Positions 1-12,114 of a stretch of DNA of 64,000 nucleotides are shown piece after piece. Under the pieces are notes generated by a model that saw nothing but the letters and a program-made list of their open reading frames with translations, had not been told where the DNA came from and did not search any database. The translations under genes and the position numbers were made by a program. Position 1 is the stretch's first letter; every line of letters begins with the position of its first letter. The DNA lies in NCBI RefSeq assembly GCF_006345805.1, contig NC_042998.1, positions 43,958,001 to 44,022,000 of the forward strand. The letters are read 5' to 3'. Source of the DNA: Octopus sinensis (taxonomy: Eukaryota).

Positions 1-2451
1 ACATTTATTTTGAAAAATAACTGCTGACATTGCACTCAACTATTTGTTAAGAAAGTATTATAGATTAAAAAAGACAGACAATTAAAATGGGGAAGTATTC
101 GCAAAAAAGACAAAAAAAAAACAGTGACGCTTAAAGGCTGAAAGATGTTGTAATGTCATTAAAGGAAAGATTCGAAAATACGGCTGTGCGCTCATTTAAA
201 GCTTCTTTCTTTTTTCGTATCTCTCTCTGAAATAGTGGTATAGAGTGATAGAAAGTAAGTGATTTCAAGACAACTGAGAAATAAGGGAGAATTAGCAAGG
301 GAGATCGCTGGCGCCGGATTTTTTAATATTTTTGTAACTATCACCTATGGCAGTTTTTGTAAGTCGTAATTTGATTTCGGTCTTTTAGAATTCGTAGCAT
401 CAACATGTTAACAAATCTTCAAATTTTATTTTATAGTCTTCCACATACATGAATCTTATTTTTATTAACCAAAATCTGTCTCAAATCATACCATATTCTC
501 CTATGCAAGTTTGCTTGTATGCATAACCTAACGTGACCTCTATATTGTAAGCACAACTGACAGAAATAACAGCCGATAAACCCCTTTGCTCCCACAAAAA
601 TATGTATGAGGACTACACTCACCACTGTAAGTTAACGAAACATTAATTAATTAACCAGATAATTACTAGATAGTAGGTAATCTTATGGTTCCTTTCAGCT
701 ACACCTCGGCACATATGTGCTATATCTATAACCTGGAAAAAAGCCTTCTGTCTGTGAGAAGGAAAGTTAGCTTTTTGTGACCGAGAAACTAAATTTGTAT
801 GGTGCTTACATTTCGCTAAATGACACTTGCCATAGATTGTTTTTAAAATTAATTACTTGATCATAATGTATAAAGCTACTTAAATAGATGACATACATTA
901 CTTTATAAATGCACAATATCATTTTAAAAGCTACCTAAAGAAATTGTACATAAATGGTATCAGAATGGTCGAACGTAAAATCAATATTAATCATGAAACT
1001 CAGCCGTTGCTCTTATGCTGTGTTATATATCTGTTTATTTATTTCTTCATTTATTTATATTTTTGCATCTTTATTTATTGAATGAAAAAATAATCCTCTA
1101 GTTCTTAAAGACATCAGGATATTTACTAGGATAACGAAAGTGATGGTGTGGTGGTGGGCGGGATGATGATGATAATGATGATGAATTGAGGAAAGAAGAA
1201 AAGGGTAAGTTATTGAGCTGTATAAACTGAAGTCTCTACAGAAATCTTTGTGTAGGTGGTATGAGTGTATTTTTTATACGATTTCAGTAGAATATTTGAA
1301 CACGCTAAGATATATGGATTTGTTCCGAACGAGGTAATGTTATTTACGGATATCTACCTATATAAAAGCAGTGACTTTTGTTATTTACATATATAGGTTT
1401 TAACATTTTCGGTTTGTTACGGTGATTGTGCTTATAGCAGTGATAATTTTCTCTTTTCTTTCTTCCTCTACATTCGTATTTCCTAGTAAAAGTTTATAAA
1501 ATACGTACACCAATCATCTCTACTTAGGTGGTCAGAAATCTTGTGTATAACGTTCACACAACATTTTGTTTTTATTACCAGTAACAAAACAAATGCTTTT
1601 GTAACTAAGGGATAAAACTATGATGATACGATGAAAGGAACTAACCGAAAAATTACATCTATGCTCTATTTAACATAAAGCTCACTTGTTTACTTTGTAA
1701 TTTTTAAAATATAATTATCATTTGCCCACGCAGACCATCCATCCTTAATTTCTCTTGATTCTACTGTTTCAGAATGAATTTGTAAATGAGAAGAACGTAA
1801 GCAAGCAACGTAACTGAAGGGAATTGAAATTAGCATTTACTATATATTAAAATATAATTGTTGCACTGGCATTCCAATTTATTTCAAATCCAAAGTTTAC
1901 CAAACCGAACATGATCTTATAGTTATGTTATGGCTTGTAGATAGTTGAGGGCCATTTGCAGTGTTACTCGATGTAAACACCCAATTTACGCCGAGAAACG
2001 ATGTCGGTGTTGCAGGTAGCCAGGACAGAATTCATTGAAATTTCACTATCGAATTTGTAATTTTCCCGTTGGACAGCTTAATTCATTGTAGATTAACCAG
2101 GTATCCTTTTTCAGTGGAACTATATGCACATGTGTTACATATCTGACGTAGATACTGTTCGATGTTGCAGATTCTGGCTTAGAACTACTTCAATAATTTC
2201 AACATGGAGTAGAAGACTCAGAATATATGATGCATCTCTTTAGTTACGTAGATGCTGATTTTGTAATTCATGTTATCACTACTATTTCGTATTGAATACA
2301 TATGCTATTGTGTGACAAATTTCTATACTGTGATATCTACATTCTTCTAAATCTTTGGTAGTCAAGTTCTAATAGTAGCATCTCTTATTGGTTGCAACCC
2401 AGAAATATAATCAAGTCATTAAACTAGAGCTGAGATCGCTGTATTTGAACA

Positions 2452-2529
2452 ATTTACAAACTTGATTGACATAGCCAATTTATAAACTTGATTGACAGAC
2501 CTAATTTACATACTTGATTGACAGAGTCA
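2452..2529. repeat. 26-bp minisatellite, 3 copies
   Basis: atttacaaacttgattgacatagcca / atttataaacttgattgacagaccta / atttacatacttgattgacagagtca in tandem. Confidence 0.85.
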
Positions 2530-4375
2530 AAAGTGACATCTTATAAATTACCACTCATGAATTGAGGATTTTGCTATATTATGTTTCATAAGAGATTCTT
2601 CCTCAAATAATTGTTTCTTGTTACTCTTTTGTTGTAGGTAGTGATGGATGTTTAATAGTCCCCCCCACCAAAAAAACAAACAAAAAACACACTTCAAACC
2701 TGTTCATCAAGTCTCCATCACGATATTGTGGGCGTAATTTCAAGCGAATTCAGGTGTAGTCTTGGCAACAAAATCCGCGGAGAACCATTCCATGTTCTGT
2801 TTTCGGTGGTGTTTATCAATATACTGAATATCTGTATGAATTCAGTTATCATAAAAGAATCCTATAATCTGTTGAGGGAATTATTTCGACAGAAAATTCA
2901 TGACACTAGTTCTATATGTCTCTGTTGGGAATTCATGGAGTCCTCGCTATTGCTTTAGAATTGTTAGAATCATTGCTTGAATATTTGTATTTCTAAGAAA
3001 CACTGTTCATGGTTATTGTGTTTACATTACTAAGAGCTGTAATAACATTATCGCATTGTTTGAATTAGTTACTTAACATCAGTATTTCTGCTTGTAGTCC
3101 TGTCTACACCATTATTTCCGAAGTCTGCACTTTTATAACTATGTCTACTATGCCAATAGTATTATCTGTCATCGCTATTATGATTTCTGAAAGTTATATA
3201 CGGTAATAATATTCAGATTTGTTATTAACTGTGTAAGACTTTATCTTGTTTAAGAGATTCTATCAGTAAAATCTGAGTGTAACAGTCCACAACGTAATTA
3301 CGTAATTATATTGTGTGATTAGTGGTGACACCCGTTTGCTAGGAGGTCTACGAAGTAGCAATACGATTAGTGATTATTGTTTGTTTTGGTAGGCATGAAA
3401 TAAACACTGATTAAGCATATCTATTGTGAAAGACATTCTATTCTGTTCTTTTATATATCTTATTGAATATCTCATAGGTTTCTTGTAACGCGATAGAGTG
3501 TGATTAAAGGTAATTTAATTGTTAGCTCTCATAACTCCTTCCTAAATGACTTCAGACCGATCATTTCCATAATATTGTGTTGTGATGTGACACGATATAA
3601 CGAGATATATTACTCCACTTGCCTAATTATTTTATAGTGAATTCAAAGTAATTATATGACATGCATATTAACGCAGCATCAAATAATGAAATTTTGGTCA
3701 ATAAATTATCTTATGCAACCATCATCAGTTTCATTTATATTATAATTCCTTGTTGTTATATGAGTATTGCCATGGATATATTTGATCCGATCTCTCAATG
3801 ATTATAGAGCGATCTTAATGTACAACGAAGTCGAAAAGAAATGCAAAGGCTTTCACTTTGATCACTGTTATGCTTTAAGCCCACGTTAGCCCTGACTGAG
3901 CTAAAATATTAACAAAAAGGTTAAAGCTGTGACTATGCTTTCATTTGTAATCAGGAATAATGCATTGGGAACTACAATATTAAGAGCAGTCTCTCCCTTT
4001 TTTAAGAGAGTAGGTTAGAAATGCAGAGAATATTGTATTGACTGTTATTTCAAGTAAGCTTTTGCTTCGTCGTTAATTTGATATTTCGTTTAGTATTCAT
4101 ACATTACCTTGTCAATCTATAGTTCCCATAACTGTTGACTGAAGTCTCAGAACAGCTCAGTATTCCGGAAAAGGCGATGTTTTGTCTTCATGATTAATAC
4201 TACCTCTTCAAACGTCTTAAATGAACGAATCTCTTTTTCAACCACGAAAAGAAGTTAAAGCAATTTTAAAGAAAAGTATCCTTTACCTCAACGTTTAATG
4301 CCACCTCTTCTCTACACAAGTGCATTTCCTTCAGGCAATTGAAACGCTATCAATACTTTCTCCTCACTTTCTTTT

Positions 4376-4575
4376 AAGGCGGCGAGCTTGCAGAAACGTT
4401 AGTACGTTAGAAGTATTTCATCTATCTTCATGTTCTGAGTTCAAATTCTGCCGAGGTCGACTCTGCCTTTGGAATCGATAAACTAAGTACCACTTGCGTA
4501 CTGGAGTCGATCTAATCGACTGCTCCCAACCAAACTAATGTCGGACCTTATACCTAGGGTAGAAATGGATATTTC
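4376..4575 (+). mobile_element. tRNA-derived SINE, family A (degenerate)
   Basis: ggcggcgagcttgcagaaacgttag head, B-box-like gttcaaattc and gtcgact...gataaactaagtacc body shared with many copies in the window. Confidence 0.8.
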
Positions 4576-5331
4576 CTTCTTACCGAGGTACAGTAAATTA
4601 ATATTAAGCATAGTAATAAATTGAATTTAAATTCAATGATAATTATTATAAAATGTTTCATTATTACACTTTCTTCCAACTGTTTTTGCACATTGCTCAA
4701 GGCTAAACTTTCTGTTTATATGTTGAATGAAATGGCGTATTAGATCAAGTATCTTCGTGGGATTTTGCTGACAGCGGCCATATAATTACAAGTAATCTAT
4801 ATATACACAGATTGGCTAATTATTTGACAGTCGCCTTAAGCTTAGTCTTAAATTCTGTGGAGTAGATTGTAAATTATATCATACTAGGAGCTTGAGAGAG
4901 AGTTGATCATCTTGGGAAAAAAAATGATTTTGAACCACACACATACACGTACACACACACTCGAGCACACACATATACATATCTACATACATTATACTAA
5001 TACATCTGTTTGTTGTCTACACCACCTGTCTTCGTCTTTTTTTTTGTGAATTGTCCCTACATACATACACACATACACACACGCGTATATATATATATAT
5101 ATATATATATAAGAAATATTGAATTTCTAAATCTCTCGTAGAGACATGTACGGTGGTAGGGCGATAGAATGGTTGTATACTGTCAATCTAACAAGAACGT
5201 GACAGTAGGGGGTACACCACCGCTGTATAGCCCTAGGAAGCATCGAACGCCTCCTGATGGCTTTGACACATTTTTCCCTGTGTCCTTATATACCTATACG
5301 AAGGGGAGACAAACACCCCCGGCTGCCGAAA

Positions 5332-5388
5332 CTGCATCTAGGGACACGTGTTTCAGGATCGTTGTCCTTCATCGGCCTAGAGTAGCAG
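5332..5388 (-). ncRNA. Type I hammerhead ribozyme motif (U4C core), copy 1
   Basis: Reverse complement reads tctagg-CCGATGA-agga caacga tcct-GAAAC-acgt-GTC-cctaga. Confidence 0.75.
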
Positions 5389-5625
5389 ACACCGGTCAAC
5401 CGGTGATATTTGTCTCGACTTCGTAATTGTATATATCTATACTCAGTGAAGTCTATTCACTGATTATCAAAATAAGAAATATTGAATTTCTAAATCTCTC
5501 GTAGAGACATGTACGGTGGTGGGGCGATAGAATGGTTGTATACTGTCAATCTAACAAGAACGTGACAGTAGGGGGTACACCATCGCTGTATAGCCCAAGG
5601 ACAAATATCACCGGTTGACCGGTGT

Positions 5626-5682
5626 CTGCTACTCTAGGCCGATGAAGGACAACGATCCTGAAACACGTGTCCCTAGATGCAG
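5626..5682 (+). ncRNA. Type I hammerhead ribozyme motif (U4C core), copy 2
   Basis: Stem I tctagg/cctaga extended by ctgc/gcag; core CCGATGA 5639-5645; stem II agga/tcct; GAAAC-ACGT-GTC with predicted cleavage after C5671. Confidence 0.75.
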
Positions 5683-5987
5683 TTTCGACAGCCGGAGGTG
5701 TTTGTCTCCCCTTCGTATATGTATATAAGGACACAGGGAAAATGTGTCAAAGCCATCAGGAGGCGTTCGATGCTTCGTAGGGCTATACAGCGGTGGTATA
5801 CCCCCTACTGTCACGTTCTTGTTAGATTGACAGTATACAACCATTCTATCGCCCCACCACCGTACATGTCTCTACGAGAGATTTAGAAATTCAATATTTC
5901 TTATTTTGATAATCAGTGAATATACTTCACTGAGTATAGATATATACAATTACGAAGTCGAGACAAATATCACCGGTTGACCGGTGT

Positions 5988-6044
5988 CTGCTACTCTAAG
6001 CCGATGAAGGACAACGATCCTGAAACACGTGTCCCTAGATGCAG
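5988..6044 (+). ncRNA. Type I hammerhead ribozyme motif (U4C core), copy 3
   Basis: Same motif 362 nt downstream of copy 2, with one stem I mismatch (tctaag); predicted cleavage after C6033. Confidence 0.7.
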
Positions 6045-6204
6045 TTTCGGCAGCCGGGGGTGTTTGTCTCCCCTTCGTATAGGTATATAAGGACACAGGG
6101 AAAAATGTGTCAAAGCCATCAGGAGGCGTTCGATGCTTCCTAGGGCTATACAGCGGTGGTGTACCCCCTACTGTCACGTTCTTGTTAGATTGACAGTATA
6201 CAAC

Positions 6205-6269
<65 letters not shown>

Positions 6270-6270
<1 letters not shown>

Positions 6271-6947
6271 TCTTTTGCTTGTTTCAATCATTTGACTGCG
6301 GCCATGCTGGAGCAACGCCTTTTAGTCGAGAAAATCGACCCCGGGACTTATTCTTTGTAAGCCCAGTACTTATTCTATCGGTGACGGGGAGGTAAACACA
6401 CCAGCATCGGTCTTCAAGTAATGCTAGGGGGACAAACACAGACACACAAACACATACACACACACATATATATATATACATATATACGACAGGCTTCTTT
6501 CAGTTTCTGTCTACCAAATCCACTCACAAGGCTTTGGTCGGCCCGAGGCTAAAGTAGAAGACACTTGCCCAAGGTGCCACGCAGTGGAAATTATAGTTGA
6601 AATTTCCAGAAAAACAAAACGAAGACAGGTGTATAAACAACAAGCAGGTATATTAGTTTGACGCTCACGAAAGTGAGAAAGTCTTTTACGTTTTGAGCCT
6701 ACGCCCTTCACCTGAAAGGTTCACTAGGAAATAAATAGAGAGAAAGTTTTTTAAAAACTTGTGGATTTAGTGGTATATACACGACGGGTTTCTTTCAGTT
6801 TCCGTCTACTAAATCTATTCACAAAGCTTTGGTCGGTCTAAGGCTATAGTAGGAAACACTTGCCCAAGGTGACAAGAAGTGGAGCTGAACCCGGAATCAT
6901 GTGATTGGGAAGCAAGCTTCTTACCACACAACCACTCCTGCGCCTAT
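6270..6947 (-). mobile_element. SINE family B pieces (6270-6590 and 6780-6947)
   Basis: Reverse complement of the head aggcgcaggagtgg...ccttgggcaagtgt and of the tail catggccgcagtcaaatgattgaaacaag, with internal CA/TA tract. Confidence 0.85.
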
Positions 6948-7443
6948 GTGGAATTCCGTTACCGCATGCAGATTTTATATCAAAATTTATAAAACACGAA
7001 GTGGAATGAACAGACTTTAATCATAAAATATAAAACGATGGGGAACTGAATATGCTCCAGCAGTATAATCAAAGCCACTCACATGATGACGTGCCAGTAC
7101 ACAGCTACTACTGCATCATATTTCTGTAATTATTTATATATTTTATGCAATAGTATGATATGGGAAACTCAGTAACTAACAGCTGTTACCATTGCACAGA
7201 AACAATTGTTGAGATTTGTGATTAAAACCTGTTTATTCCATCTTCTTGTTTCTAAGATAGTTAAGCATATGGATATGTCATTGAGTAAAGAACTCCACAT
7301 AAAGCTAAGTATTCCATGATTCGGAGAGAGAAAAGTAAATGTGCGTATGTGTATATGTTTTAAGAGTCAAGTCATCTCAGTAGCCACAGAAGCACTATCT
7401 TAATGACTGGCAAGGGAGACAAGCTCCCCACGGTCGCAGATAT

Positions 7444-7506
7444 AGCCTGATCATCGATGATTTCGCATTTTGATGCTTAACGCATCTTAATGCTCATCGG
7501 TGGCTC
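7444..7506 (-). ncRNA. Solitary type I hammerhead-like motif (U4C core, palindromic stem III)
   Basis: Reverse complement reads gagcca-CCGATGA-gcatt aa gatgc gttaa gcatc aa aatgc-GAAA-tcat cg atga-TC-aggct. Confidence 0.65.
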
Positions 7507-8672
7507 TCACCGCGCCGAGGGTTAAACTCATCTCGCCTTGTTAGCTTAAAAGATTTCTGTTGAAATCATACGCTGATTTCATAAATGGTAAACGTGTAAA
7601 TTATAAATAATATGGGTGGCTAGTTCGTAATTTTACAAGCTAAAGGTAGAAATATATACGTCATTAAAGTGAAGAATTCAATCTTAAGTTCTGTTGTGCA
7701 TTTTGTTATTGGATTTGGATTTGGATTTGGTTTCTCTCGTGAAGTTATATAGCTAACGAACGGGCATTAAAGAGATTTAATCATCGTGAGAAAAATCTTT
7801 TTTATTTTTATTTTTATGCTCAGTTCAGGGTTTCGTTCAGATCAAATTGATAGATTTGATTAGTTGTAATGTGGAAAATGAATTAAATTTGTAAATATTA
7901 AATACAAACTGAAAATTTCAAATCCAATTCTTCCTGGATTCTTGTCTCTGATGGCATCTATTGTCTCAGAGCGAAAAGTGTTGCGTCAAATCCGGTACAG
8001 AATTATTTCAAAGTTAATCGGCGCAATACTGATCAAAAAGTGATAGGTTGTTTTCCTTACCTCTGCTCTATCAAAGTTGTTATGTAAGAAGTTAATCAGT
8101 AATCGTCTTGCCGTTTGATTAACTGGCTTCCTTTTTGAAGTTTATTATATTTCGTCACGAATTTCCTTAGTCTTTATTTATTTATTCATTATATTTATTT
8201 ATTAACCCTCATACTAGTAACTTTACTAGTTTGAGTTTGCCGTTAAATAACCTTACACAAAGGAAGCGATGACAAGGTTAATTTGTTTCGTGTCTTGAGA
8301 AAGAGTAATAAGTTGAATATGTTAAAAACTACAGAAAAATAATTATGAAAAACTGAAAATGTTCACTAATGATATCGTTATTACCTTCTATCGACTTTTC
8401 TAAGGTAGCAGACATTATGAATATAACACATCTCTCATCTGAGTATTCTTTACTCTCCGTTTTACTTCGGTTTTATAATGAAATTAATTAGAATTGCAAT
8501 TTATTATAAGAGTTTTAAAAAAGTTTTCTTCTGCCTTAGTTTTACTTAGTTTTATCGCATCTATATTTACATTTAGTTTTGTTTTCTTCTAATTTTAATG
8601 AGAACCTGTCAATATTTTTTTTTTAAATTTTAAATTACATGGTGGTAAGAAATAATGTCCCTCTTTTCGAGT

Positions 8673-8843
8673 AGGCGCAGGAGTGGCTATGTGGTAAGTA
8701 GCTTGCTTACCAACTACATGGTTTGTAAGCGGGTTCATTCCCACTGCGTGGCCCCTTGGGCAAGTGCCTTCTACTATAGCCTCGGGCCGACCACAGCCTT
8801 GTGAGTGGATTTGGTAGACGGAAACTGAAAGAAGCCAGTCGTA

Positions 8844-8845
<2 letters not shown>
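8673..8845 (+). mobile_element. SINE family B, 5' half
   Basis: aggcgcaggagtggctatgtggtaag...gggttcattccc...ccttgggcaagtg...gaaactgaaagaagcc, followed by (TA)n. Confidence 0.85.
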
Positions 8846-8888
<43 letters not shown>

Positions 8889-9739
8889 CAAACTTACTTA
8901 GAAATGGATGCGTGCGTTCTGTTGTATAAAACAAATTGATAAATAAAACATATGCATATATACATACATATATGTACGTACCTACATCTACATGCATATA
9001 TGGGTACAGGACACCAAAAAAAAAAACCTCGAACACAATGAGAAGCGAAAACATAAACACAAAACCAAGGAAATTGACTTTTTTCTTAAACAACGAAAAA
9101 ATAGAGTACAGGATATAGAACACAAGGAAAATTCCCCTTCTTCAGTCGCCTCTGTTTCATCCACTCCGCGAGACACGACTTCGGTGAAAAATTCCTTCCC
9201 GCAAAAAGCAAATTAAATAAAATTTGAGATTTTTTTGCAGAGGGGTAAAAATGGTAACAAAAACAGGACAGTAAAGACAGTACAAAATATAAACAGTAAA
9301 AGTCAGGACAAGGACAATAACAGTAACACAGACAAGGAGGGCTGTTAAGCCAAGCGTGAGAAAATATTACGAACGCCTTTTTATGAGAACGGCGAAGGAA
9401 GCACAGAAAAGCCGTCTACACTCGAAGGAAGTGAGGTCAGAAAGACAGTAGTTTTCTCGTCGCTGACCAGCGACGGGACAGAGGAGGAGGACAGAAAGGG
9501 AGAGAAAAAAGGGAATGGTTGTAGTGGAAACCAGAAAGAACGAAGAATGAGAGAGAGGGAGGGAGAGACAGTAAGGTAGAAGAAAAGGAAACCAGAAAGA
9601 GCGAAGGCTGAGAAAGGGAGGGGGACAGAAAGGTTAAGAGTGCTCATCATTATTAATATTAAGAACAAACTTAAGATGCAGAGGTGAAAAGTTGCGAAAA
9701 TCCCACGTCCTACACTTCAATCGCTACATTTAGGCGAGT

Positions 9740-10260
9740 AAATTAAACACGCTGTGGAAAGAGTCGAACCCAATTTTCTTTATAAGATGGGTGATAAAGA
9801 AGAATTAAGAAACTATCTACTCATAAGCCTCTTGTCTCAACTTTTTAAGCTGTATACACCAGACTATCAAAACATGTCCATGACAATCGACCGAGGGAGC
9901 TAGCGGGTTTTCATAAGAATTACAGCCCGATGGATCCACTCCATCACAGCGTATTAATAATGTTGGGTGGTGACTGACGAAGTAGGGTTGCGAATAGAAG
10001 CGGCCAGAATGAATTTCCACTAAAAGGTCTCTGGAGTAACGTTACTCAACAGAATGCGTAGCTCGAAGATCAGGGAGTACCACTGCCTCCCAGGTAGAGC
10101 CTCTATCTCTCAGCATTGAGGGGTAACAGCTTTGGTACTACGGACATGTGATTAGAATGCTGCAGATTAAACGTATCGCCAAGTCCAATTCTTCAAGCCA
10201 AGCCAACTGACAGAAGAGCTATGGATAAACCAAAAACGAGATGATTGGATATCCGTAGTC
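9740..10260 (+). pseudogene. Degraded RTE-like LINE reverse transcriptase fragment
   Basis: Manual translation gives YKMGDKEELRNYLLISLLSQLFKLYT (KKGD..NYRPISLL-like), ELAGFHKNYS and later YYGHVIRM. Confidence 0.65.
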
Positions 10261-11277
10261 TCAGTTCGTCACACTTGGAAATTCATCCGGAAAGTCTCAA
10301 AATGGCTACTTCTAATAAGAACCATTCTCCTGTGGAGGAGATCCTTGGGGATTCTACTCTCACGGACTTCCTAGGAATAGTGGGCGGAGAGGGATGGATC
10401 TTTCTGCATAACTTTATTTGATTTTGTAAATGAAAAGAAGAAGGAGGAGGAGGAGGATAAAGTGGAGGAGTTGCGATATGTACCTTTATTCCGGGAGTGA
10501 GGAATACTACAAAAGTTGCTGATATCAACAATAATTTTCTGTATCTTGAAGTTCACAGAAAAACATACATATAAATTCTGTACCAGGATTTCCTAATAAT
10601 AATTACAGATCCGACAGTTGCCATTTCCTAGAAAGCTCTTAAGCTTTCCAAACAGACAATCTGTCAACATTATCACTGATATAGTGGTCTAGAATTCCAA
10701 TTGTACTATCTATAAATGAGTTGATGAATTGATTCTATCGCTATATTTATTAGCTTTGCATTTCACTTCTGCGCAACATTTTCTCTGTATGTTATTGAGA
10801 AGTAGGTTATGAATGAACTATTGTCATTTTTCAAATAGAAAAAGGTCAGGCGTACATTTTCTTTACTATTTGTCTGTCTAGGTTTCAAAGACTTGCTTCT
10901 CGAAGGAGTGAAAGTAAGTGGAGTGTATGCAGTGTAAGTTTACTCTGTTAATTCGTCTCTAACTATATTTCACAGAACACAGTGTAGGACACCCTAATTC
11001 AGTATGTTGCACTGTTTCAGAAAATATACCACACAGATGACATTTATTTTACAGTAATTTATCAGTTATCTCTTCCTGCTTTTCAGTCGATGGACACTGG
11101 CCATGCGACAGTATCACCTTGAAGTCTTTAGTCCAACAAATCGGTCAAAGTACTTATATTTAAGTCTGATACTTACTCTACCGCATTTGACTAAAGGCTA
11201 GCTAATGGGAACGTGAAAGAAGTTTCACCGGTTGTCAAGCGTGTGGGGAACAAGCACAAGCACAATGAAATACACAT

Positions 11278-11280
11278 CTG

Positions 11281-11338
<58 letters not shown>

Positions 11339-11376
11339 GATCGATCGATTTATCAATCTGTCTATTTAATAGAAAA

Positions 11377-11444
<68 letters not shown>
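11278..11444. repeat. (TATC)n, (CT)n and (TA)n microsatellites
   Basis: Read directly from the sequence. Confidence 0.95.
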
Positions 11445-11449
11445 TAGTT

Positions 11450-11828
11450 TATTCTTTTACTTCTTTCAGTTATTTGACTGCAGCCATGCTAGAGCACCAA
11501 ATTTAGTCGAAGATATTGATCCCAGGACTTATTCTTTATAAACCTAGGACTTATTCTATCGATCTCTTTTGCTGAACGGCCAGTATCAGGGACGTAAACA
11601 TACCAACCTTGGTTGTCAACCGATGGTAGGGGCACGAACACACACATACAGACACATATACCCGTTGGGTTTCTTTCAGTTTCCGTTTGCCAAATCCACT
11701 CACAAGGTTTTGGTTAACCCGAAGCTAGAGTAGAAAACATTTGCCTAAGGTGCCATGCAGTGGGACCGAACACAAAAACCATGTGGTTGGGAAGCAAGTT
11801 TCTTACCAAACAGCCACGTCTGCGCCTA
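11450..11828 (-). mobile_element. SINE family B, near full length
   Basis: Tail at 11450, head ...gtctgcgcct at 11828. Confidence 0.85.
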
Positions 11829-12114
11829 CATATATATATAGAAGTAAATGTTAGCAGTACGGAATCGTAAAATATAATTGCCAACTAAATGTGTCTGTCC
11901 CATAGAGGACGTTGCTACCGTTGTTTTTAGCCCCAGGAAGACATTTCCTCCAGCTAGCTAATGCCACACTGTCTGTGTCCGATTAGCATCTGCGAAGTAA
12001 AATCATCGTTCCCACCTCTAGCCTTACGTGATACACACAGACCCGAGTTTCTAGGTAGTAATCCGACATCAGTGTGTGATAATCATTAACTCAGATTGTA
12101 TTGACTTTACTTGT

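Larger units (their letters stand above)
5110..6210. mobile_element. Non-coding 363-bp hammerhead-bearing tandem/inverted element (retrozyme-like, or non-autonomous PLE derivative)
   Basis: Unit 5111-5473 restarts at 5474 and runs to about 5600, then inverted copies at 5601-5902 and 5903-6210; flanked by (TA)n and (CT)n(TA)n; three HHR copies. Confidence 0.85.

Noticed and set aside
5169-6315. Repeated 62-121 aa ORFs (MVVYCQSNKNV...)
   Set aside because: They are translations of the non-coding 363-bp unit, frameshifted between copies, with no recognisable domain
6660-6720. acgttttgagcctacgcccttcacctg, resembling an antisense minimal hammerhead
   Set aside because: Both core boxes are mutated; too degenerate to support
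7390-7445. Twister-like pattern taa-tgact-ggc-aa-ggga-gacaagc-tccc-cac-ggtcg
   Set aside because: It lacks the conserved GAG segment and pseudoknot partner after P2
9120-9160. Minus-strand CTGAAGA followed by a hairpin
   Set aside because: No GAAA box or cleavage triplet in position
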